Assembly: GCA_027491115.1 (NCBI GenBank)
Contig: JAIXWV010000035.1
Coordinates: 170 to 64,169 of the forward strand
DNA from: Pseudomonadota bacterium
GTDB lineage: Bacteria > Bdellovibrionota > UBA1018 > CAIMNF01
Direction of reading: 5' to 3'
DNA length: 64,000 nucleotides
The position numbers were made by a program, and so were the translations under genes. Every line of letters begins with the position of its first letter. The first letter of the stretch is position 1. The notes beneath the pieces are model-generated. The model worked only from the letters and a program-made list of their open reading frames with translations, was not told the origin of the DNA and ran no database searches. Below, in pieces: positions 57,330 through 64,000 of this stretch.

Positions 57330-58514
57330 ATGATGCGACCGAAACCTGCTGTTTTGTTCAAATTATTTCTGATGTTTTCGCCCTTGTTTCTAACCCACTG
57401 TGGGACGAATGGCAGGCAGATCACCCTGGTGACCCCATTTACAGTAGTTTCGCCCACGATGGATTTGAGTCATGCAGTCATCGTGCCGAACAGTGGTCTG
57501 ACCGAACTCACCGAACTGCCGGGTAACTTGTCGAGCACCCTGTTTTGCCTCCAATCCGATATCAGAGTGAATTTCCTCGACCAAAGGCCAGGGTTTCAAC
57601 CTATTTTCGCGCGTGTGAATTTGATCACCCGTAGAGACGCATCCCCACAGTGGATCTCTCCCTCATCCGGCGCAGTCGGGCTGAACGATGCTTTGGCCTG
57701 GATTCGCAATAGCTCAAATACGTTTCTTGCCTCACCTCTGGTGATGAATCTTCCGAAAGACTCGGGTGGAATCATCCGGATTCAAGGTTCTTTCGTGAGG
57801 CCAATCACAATTGGAGGCCAGAGTCCAAGCCCCCAATGCCCGAAGTTGGATCCCCAGTATACGATGGCCACGCCACTTGAAACCTACACCATCTGGGGAG
57901 AAACGGCTCTGACTCCGGGCGGGCCGTCCCAAATCACTTTGCCGATCAATGTCGTAAGATCTCAACCCGTTTCTGGAGGTGCACCGATCGCTTACGGCAT
58001 TCCTAACATCACCAACGGAACCATCACTAATCCGAGTAGCAACGCAAGCTTGAAGTGTCGTAACCCAGCCAATAAGGCATCCTGTGCCAATCGAAATTTG
58101 ATCAGCTTTCAGATATCGGGTAACTATACGGAAAAACCGCTATTTTCAGTATCCTACGGATCAAATACGCTTGATGGGACCATTGATCATAAATTCAAGG
58201 TGAGTTCAGTCAATACGGAATACCTTTATCTTCCAAAGAATCCGGTCTTTGATTTGGAATACCTAAAATCTAGTGTATCGAATGGGTTCATAACCATCAA
58301 GGTCCGGATAGAATGGGGCAAAAAGCGGTACCAGTTTATTGATCCCCTTACCTCAATCCAAGAAGACTATGAAATGCTTGATTGTCAAAATGGAACTTGG
58401 GGAGTCAAGTTGCCAAGTGCCACTCTTACGAACGCAGGGCCTTCAACTTGTAACTCAGCATTACCGAATGGTGCTAACATGATCATTCAAGACTTGGGCC
58501 TCGGATTTTATTGA
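57330..58514 (+). CDS. Hypothetical lipoprotein
   Basis: Lipobox LTHC; 394-aa ORF. Confidence 0.65.
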   Translation: MMRPKPAVLFKLFLMFSPLFLTHCGTNGRQITLVTPFTVVSPTMDLSHAVIVPNSGLTELTELPGNLSSTLFCLQSDIRVNFLDQRPGFQPIFARVNLITRRDASPQWISPSSGAVGLNDALAWIRNSSNTFLASPLVMNLPKDSGGIIRIQGSFVRPITIGGQSPSPQCPKLDPQYTMATPLETYTIWGETALTPGGPSQITLPINVVRSQPVSGGAPIAYGIPNITNGTITNPSSNASLKCRNPANKASCANRNLISFQISGNYTEKPLFSVSYGSNTLDGTIDHKFKVSSVNTEYLYLPKNPVFDLEYLKSSVSNGFITIKVRIEWGKKRYQFIDPLTSIQEDYEMLDCQNGTWGVKLPSATLTNAGPSTCNSALPNGANMIIQDLGLGFY

Positions 58515-58532
58515 AAAGGAGCTAGTTCTTTT

Positions 58533-59486
58533 TCAATAGATCCGCTTACCGAGCGCCGATGCGATCAGCTCGATGCCCACTTCGATCGTGATGTTCGAAT
58601 CCTGCCTGAGCGCAGGATCGACATATCCGAGCCGGGGATTGATCTCGACCAGATCCATGCTCACCAGTTGACCGGTCTCTGCCACCGATTCAGCCACATA
58701 GTGTGCCTCGCGATAACTCAGTCCGCCCCGGACTTTGGTGCCGGTGCTCGGTGCAAAATGGGGATCGACGGCATCGATGTCGTAGCTCAAATGAAGCGGA
58801 CGTGGGCCGTTTTGGAGCAGTATCTTTTTCGCCTGCTCCATCACCTCTCCGATTCCATAACGGTCGATTTCGGTCATGGAGAAAACATTTGCGCCCCACT
58901 CCTTCATCAACTTGCGTTCTTCACTGTCGATCGAGCGGATACCGATGAGCACCAACTGTTCGGGTCTCAGGTGATTCTTGAGCCACGAAAAAGATGGAAG
59001 TTGATACGGCGTCATGAGGCCGCTAAGAAACGCCAATGGCATTCCATGGATGTTTCCACTCGGTGAGGTCTCAGGCGTATTGAAATCTCCATGCGCGTCC
59101 ACCCAGATCACCCCCAGATCCGGACGGGAGAGCAATGCCCCGCCGATCGAACCGATAGCGATACTGTGGTCGCCCCCGAGCGTGAGGGTGAACGCACCCT
59201 CTTTGGCCGATGCCTCTGCCAAACGCGCGATGTCCTGGCAGGCATCTCCGAGCTCTTTCGGGAACTTGATCCTGGTGCCATGCTGGTGGGCCGGAACATC
59301 GGCCGCCGGAGAATTCCATGTCAGATTCCTGATGTCGATTTCGGAATTCTTACCAAGAGTCCAACCCAGGGACTCAGCAGTCCCGATCAGACCGTTTTGA
59401 ATCAAAAGTCCGGGACCCTCATCGACTCCCTCCAAACCTTGGCCGAGAGCGACCGGAGCCCGGATGATGTTGAGCTTATTCGTCAT
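58533..59486 (-). CDS. rocF: Arginase
   Basis: GGDHSIA, WVDAHGDFNTP..SGNIHGMP, SYDIDAVDP, DLVEINP. Confidence 0.95.
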   Translation of the reverse strand: MTNKLNIIRAPVALGQGLEGVDEGPGLLIQNGLIGTAESLGWTLGKNSEIDIRNLTWNSPAADVPAHQHGTRIKFPKELGDACQDIARLAEASAKEGAFTLTLGGDHSIAIGSIGGALLSRPDLGVIWVDAHGDFNTPETSPSGNIHGMPLAFLSGLMTPYQLPSFSWLKNHLRPEQLVLIGIRSIDSEERKLMKEWGANVFSMTEIDRYGIGEVMEQAKKILLQNGPRPLHLSYDIDAVDPHFAPSTGTKVRGGLSYREAHYVAESVAETGQLVSMDLVEINPRLGYVDPALRQDSNITIEVGIELIASALGKRIY

Positions 59487-60399
59487 GACGATCGAGGCTG
59501 ATGAGCGAGCGATCACACTTTCCTGCGAAGCGGTGCTTCGAAGCGCGCTCGGTCGGAGCGGACTCGAGCATGCGCCGGATTCCGGGAACATTCACCTGGA
59601 CCGCGGTCCGGACAGCTTCCGGGTTCGGGCTGTGGGAATAACCGATCTCGAACAATAGCGACCAGATTCCGTGCTCGTTGAAGGCATAGTCCTCGTAGGT
59701 CCCGTCCGCCGGATACAGCAACTCGGTCGAATTACCGGTGGCGTAGTGGCTGTCACGGGTCGCTTCCATCACGAGGCCCTGGTAAATGCTCTCGTAGCCG
59801 GTCTTAAGGTCTTTTGAGGAAAGCCCCCAAGGATAAAGAACCGCTGGAGAAAACGTGTGTAAGGTAGCGGATGAAACGATGTTTTTCTCTTTGATGAAAC
59901 GGGCCAGAGCCGCAGTCGATTTCAAAGTAAACGGCCCTTCGGTTCCGCAGGGTCCCGGATAATTCCGATTCGGGTCGAAGGACCTTCCACGAGCAGGTTC
60001 CCTACGGCTCTTGGCGTTGTAGCCCGCAATGTTCAGAACGGGGATCACATACACCGTCTGATCCTTGATGGGACGCTCAGAGATTTCACGTGCGAATCCG
60101 AGCGCCGTCTCGGTGGATCCGTATTCATTGCCATGATGAGTGGCGACGACCACGTTACTGACGGATCCGTTTCCGATCTGGAGCCCGATGATGGTTTCAC
60201 CCGAGTCACTTTCGCCCAGTGTGAACAACTTGGCTGTGGCAGGAAAAGCTTTGGCAAGCTCGCCCAAGTAAGCCTTCACTTCAGTGTATTGTCGTCGGGA
60301 TGCGCGAGAAAAATCGAGATCAATGCCACCCGCGCTAGCTTCGAAACTGAGGGTGCAGATCATCAGAAATGAAAGAAACAGAGAGCGGAAACCCAACAT
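59476..60399 (-). CDS. Secreted M14 zinc carboxypeptidase
   Basis: HHGNE, DPNRNY, LHTFS..LYPWG, catalytic FE. Confidence 0.88.
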   Translation of the reverse strand: MLGFRSLFLSFLMICTLSFEASAGGIDLDFSRASRRQYTEVKAYLGELAKAFPATAKLFTLGESDSGETIIGLQIGNGSVSNVVVATHHGNEYGSTETALGFAREISERPIKDQTVYVIPVLNIAGYNAKSRREPARGRSFDPNRNYPGPCGTEGPFTLKSTAALARFIKEKNIVSSATLHTFSPAVLYPWGLSSKDLKTGYESIYQGLVMEATRDSHYATGNSTELLYPADGTYEDYAFNEHGIWSLLFEIGYSHSPNPEAVRTAVQVNVPGIRRMLESAPTERASKHRFAGKCDRSLISLDRHDE

Positions 60400-60536
60400 G
60401 AAAACTCCTCCTTGAAGAATGCCAGGCAGGCCATTCGTGGCTTGCAAATGAATCGTCCCTTCAGTTTCCGGTGCAGAACTGACTCTGGCAACAGAAATTT
60501 GTCAGGAGCGATTTTTGCCCATAGACTGGGACTCAC

Positions 60537-61169
60537 ATGAGTCCGTGGAGCACTTGGATCCCTGCTGCCTGCCTGCCCGACCATTGCAACTGTGAGGCCG
60601 TTCATGCGGCTTGGATCGCGCAACCCTCAGCTTTTTGGAGCTCAGGAGCCTATTTGATTGCTTGGATCAGTCTGTGGCTCAAGCGCCGTCAATTTTCAGA
60701 CGGATTCCATCTCTGGATGACGGCATTCTTCATCCTCGCTCTAGCAAGCCACTTCGCTCATGGAAGCATGACTGAGGTGGCCATGGCTTGCGACTTCGGG
60801 GCGATCTGCCTGCTTCTCTTGACTCCCGCGGGCACCCGATTTCGGTTCAGCTGGGGAATTCCGTTTCTCTTCGTTCCACTTTCGATCGCCTTTTTTGGAG
60901 CGGCTAAATCGACCAAGATCGGAATCGCACTTTTCGTTTTTGCGATCACGCTTCTTGAACACGGTCGTACCCTCAGGGCCCGACTGAAGGAACCCGGTTT
61001 CAAAAAGGCGATCGCTCTCGTGTCCGCCTCCTTCGTATTGTTCATTTGGGATGAACTGAAGCTCCACTGTGAACCCGGGAGCTGGCTCCAAGGTCACAGT
61101 CTTTGGCATCTTGGAAGTGCCTGGGCCATTGCCGAATACGGAAGATGGAGATTTGGCCGAGAAACATGA
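60537..61169 (+). CDS. Ceramidase/CREST-superfamily membrane protein
   Basis: CE..QP..WSS, S..AH, QGHSLWH. Confidence 0.75.
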   Translation: MSPWSTWIPAACLPDHCNCEAVHAAWIAQPSAFWSSGAYLIAWISLWLKRRQFSDGFHLWMTAFFILALASHFAHGSMTEVAMACDFGAICLLLLTPAGTRFRFSWGIPFLFVPLSIAFFGAAKSTKIGIALFVFAITLLEHGRTLRARLKEPGFKKAIALVSASFVLFIWDELKLHCEPGSWLQGHSLWHLGSAWAIAEYGRWRFGRET

Positions 61170-61209
61170 TTCAACTAAGCAGGTTTATTGTTGACTAATT
61201 TTGTCAGAT

Positions 61210-62511
61210 ATGGTACTGTTCGCTCCCATGTGGCCATTTCGAGTCTTCGCCTTAGCCCCTCTGCTTCTTCTCGCCTCATGGACCGCGTCAGCCGGACTGA
61301 TCAAACCGGACGCCAGGCATTTTCGGAAAACTGGAACATTCGAATCATTTCAGTGGCAACCCTCGAGCTACAGCGACTCCAAACACACGAATCCTTTCCG
61401 ATATGACATCTTTTACTACATCCCCGAATCACTGAAGAACGAGGCCAAAGTCAAAGCCTTGGTTTTCAATCATGGCGGTGGTGCTTCGACCAAAACCCGG
61501 GATGGATCCATTGAATCCGTGCGGCGCTACTCGGACGATTTGATGCGTCTTGCAGATGAACTCGGATTTGTGGCGGTTTTACCGTCGGCCAACGGGTTGA
61601 ACTGGGGAGGACACACCGTTCCCCTCATGAAAAACCTCGTGGCCCTCATGCGCTCGGAACTCGACATTGATCCGGATCGTATCGGCCTCTCCGGCCACTC
61701 CATGGGTGGAATGGGAATCACACGGTCCTATTTGTGGCTCGCAGACCAGTTCGCTTTTTTCATGCCTCAAGCCGCAGGAATGGCTCTCGAAAAGTTCGAA
61801 GATCTTCATCAAATGGAACAACTCTTGAACAAAACATTCAATGTCCCCTACATCCATCTACAAGGAACAAGGGACTCCTTTCAGGAATTCGTGGCGCGGG
61901 CGAAGAAACAACAACAGGAAATCATAAAACTCGAAGACCGGTACAGGTTGAAATCGAAGTTGAAAGTGATCCTGTACGACACCGACCATCAATACCGGTA
62001 TGAGATGTTCAGGGACCAGTTGAAGCTGGCCTTTGAGAAACCCAGAAATCTGTATCAAAAGCGCTTGTATGGCAGCCTTCTGATCGACGACCGTTTTTAT
62101 TCGGAAAACAACATCCTATTCAAGAGTCGGGGAAGTCCCAGATACTTTTGGATCCAAGCCGTGAACACATCCGGCGGACCTCCTGAAAGACTCGACTTTT
62201 CGACAAAAATTGAAGGAAACTCAATCAGGATCGAGATCGATCCGGCAAATGACCTCGCCATTCGGACCAAGAAACTGAGAGTGTATCTCAAACAGGGAAT
62301 GGTGGATCTGAACAAGAATGTAACGGTCCGGATCAACGGAATCCCGGCATTTATCCGATACCCGGATCATCGAACCACTGCGTCCCGATCCTACGACATG
62401 ACGGATCATGGATTCAAATTTGAAACGGTCATCGATGTTCCCATTCCATCGCAAAGCTCCGCCTCGTTCATGCTCCGCCGTTTCACAAGAAGCTGGGGGA
62501 TCGGTACCTGA
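61210..62511 (+). CDS. Secreted alpha/beta hydrolase
   Basis: HGGG, IDPDRIGLSGHSMGG, G..D; start uncertain. Confidence 0.82.
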   Translation: MVLFAPMWPFRVFALAPLLLLASWTASAGLIKPDARHFRKTGTFESFQWQPSSYSDSKHTNPFRYDIFYYIPESLKNEAKVKALVFNHGGGASTKTRDGSIESVRRYSDDLMRLADELGFVAVLPSANGLNWGGHTVPLMKNLVALMRSELDIDPDRIGLSGHSMGGMGITRSYLWLADQFAFFMPQAAGMALEKFEDLHQMEQLLNKTFNVPYIHLQGTRDSFQEFVARAKKQQQEIIKLEDRYRLKSKLKVILYDTDHQYRYEMFRDQLKLAFEKPRNLYQKRLYGSLLIDDRFYSENNILFKSRGSPRYFWIQAVNTSGGPPERLDFSTKIEGNSIRIEIDPANDLAIRTKKLRVYLKQGMVDLNKNVTVRINGIPAFIRYPDHRTTASRSYDMTDHGFKFETVIDVPIPSQSSASFMLRRFTRSWGIGT

Positions 62512-62512
62512 C

Positions 62513-63547
62513 ATGAAAAAAATAGTGGTTCATTCTCCTGGAAATCATGATCATCTCAAGCTCGAGGAGCATCCCGATCTCTTGCCTGGCCGGGGAGAGG
62601 TCGTGGTGGAATCACGAGCCGCTGGAGTCAACTATGCCGATGTTTGCGTCCGATGGGGAGTCTACGAATCAGCCAAGAAACTCGTAGGGTGGCCCATCAC
62701 TCCGGGATTTGAGTTTTCGGGAGTCGTGGCGAGCGTCGGTGAAGGTGTTGAAAAGTTCAAGGTCGGTGACCCTGTTTTCGGTGTCAGCTTCTTCAACGCA
62801 TACGCATCCCAGGTAAGGGTTCCCGAGCGACAACTCTATCCCCTCCCCGGTCCACTTTCGTTCGAAGAAGCAGCCGCATTTCCAGCCGTATTCATGACCG
62901 CATACCACGCTCTTTTTCAATTGGTCAGACTACCTGAAAAAGCCAACATTCTGGTGCACTCAGCCGGGGGGGGCGTGGGATCCGCCTTGATCCAATTGGC
63001 AAAGGGTCGCGGCTTACGCGCAGTCGGGGTGGTTGGAAGCACTCACAAGGTTGACTACGTCAAAAGCCTAGGAGCTGAAGTGGTCATCGATAAATCGAAA
63101 CAGGATCTTTGGAAGTGCGTGAGACAGGCCTGTCAGCAAGGTTACGACGCCGTGCTCGACGCCAACGGTCCGGAAACCTTCAGAGGAAGCTACGAGGTTC
63201 TTCGGCCTACCGGAAAATTGATCGCATACGGATCCCACGGAATCCTGCCCCAGAACTCATCCGGCCGGATGAATTACATCAAAGCAGCGATCGGGGTGAT
63301 TCGAATGCCGAGATTCGAGCCCATGAGACTGATCACTGACAACAAAAGCATCATTGGCTTCAATCTTTCATTCCTCTTTGACCGGGAAGACCTCCTGACA
63401 GAGGGAATGAAGGATCTCCTGCAAATGGTCGAGAGGGGCAAAATAAATGCCCCGAAAATCACTTCTCATCCTGCCGAAGAGGTCGCGCTGGCTCATCGAC
63501 TCATCGAGTCGGGCCAATCTACGGGAAAGATTGTGTTACGCTTTTGA
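62513..63547 (+). CDS. MDR-family NADPH:quinone oxidoreductase-like (VAT-1-like) protein
   Basis: GVNYAD, PGFEFSG, LVHSAGGGVG, GKIVL. Confidence 0.92.
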   Translation: MKKIVVHSPGNHDHLKLEEHPDLLPGRGEVVVESRAAGVNYADVCVRWGVYESAKKLVGWPITPGFEFSGVVASVGEGVEKFKVGDPVFGVSFFNAYASQVRVPERQLYPLPGPLSFEEAAAFPAVFMTAYHALFQLVRLPEKANILVHSAGGGVGSALIQLAKGRGLRAVGVVGSTHKVDYVKSLGAEVVIDKSKQDLWKCVRQACQQGYDAVLDANGPETFRGSYEVLRPTGKLIAYGSHGILPQNSSGRMNYIKAAIGVIRMPRFEPMRLITDNKSIIGFNLSFLFDREDLLTEGMKDLLQMVERGKINAPKITSHPAEEVALAHRLIESGQSTGKIVLRF

Positions 63548-63655
63548 CGCACGCCCCTGAATTATCCGATAGTTAGGAATCAAGGCAAAGATTGCCCACC
63601 CGTGATTCTGGTTTTTTAAACTACACCCATGGAATAATCAACATGGGAGTACCTC

Positions 63656-64000
63656 ATGATTCGCCAAGGACGGCTCGTCACACTCGTATTGATTTCAATC
63701 GGCATCACCTCTTGCGGTGGTGCCTCTCATACCGGATGGCAGAAACTTCCGGTACCGATCTACGGTGATGCAACCATTGTGAGCAATCCCCAAGCCATGA
63801 CCGACCTCCAAGATGCTTTCCGATACTGGGAACAAAAGGCCGGGAAACAGGTTTTTGATTTCAAGGGGCAGTGGCGCGGAGGTTCGCCCTACTCGGGCGA
63901 TCCATCACGACCAAGCTCGATTCTTGGAAATGTCATTTTTTTTCAGAATCCTTGGCCATTCGCACAAAGTTTCGTCGGGATGACCACCGTACAAACCGAA
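63656..64000 (+). CDS. Lipoprotein, 3' truncated by window edge (possibly matrixin-like)
   Basis: Own translation: MIRQGRLVTLVLISIGITSCGG..AFRYWEQKAGKQVF..; lipobox ITSC; open to the window end. Confidence 0.6.
   Translation, partial: MIRQGRLVTLVLISIGITSCGGASHTGWQKLPVPIYGDATIVSNPQAMTDLQDAFRYWEQKAGKQVFDFKGQWRGGSPYSGDPSRPSSILGNVIFFQNPWPFAQSFVGMTTVQTE

Overview
This 64 kb window is gene-dense bacterial DNA rich in secreted proteins and lipoproteins. The gene style suggests a Bdellovibrionota/Oligoflexia-like organism, which is an inference only. I found no rRNA, tRNA, CRISPR array, transposase, integrase or conjugation genes. The main signal is a nearly complete replicon backbone. (i) A type Ib-like partition module, ParA plus a small ribbon-helix-helix partner, lies at 6.5-7.6 kb behind a repeat-rich candidate centromere. 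(ii) An iteron array of 12 copies of WWWTCGTAC-N5-GGAAW, mostly helically phased, lies at 11.7-12.3 kb directly upstream of a divergent 539-aa winged-helix Rep-like initiator, with a satellite iteron at 18.5 kb. (iii) A XerC/XerD dif-like site lies at 51127-51154. Spot checks suggest the + strand changes from C-rich to G-rich near the iterons and back to C-rich near dif, a replichore of only about 39 kb. This points to a small, bidirectionally replicated secondary chromosome or chromid carrying chromosome-type genes (cyclophilin, peptidase E, CobB, arginase, LpoB operon, LemA, SRAP, AlkB). Other notable items are an orphan opine-metallophore dehydrogenase in a DUF3526 ABC operon behind a Fur-family palindrome, a degenerate duplicate of the cobB 3' end flanking a lipoprotein insert, and a possible split secreted toxin pair. 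All protein calls are from motif recognition by eye; no database searches were run.
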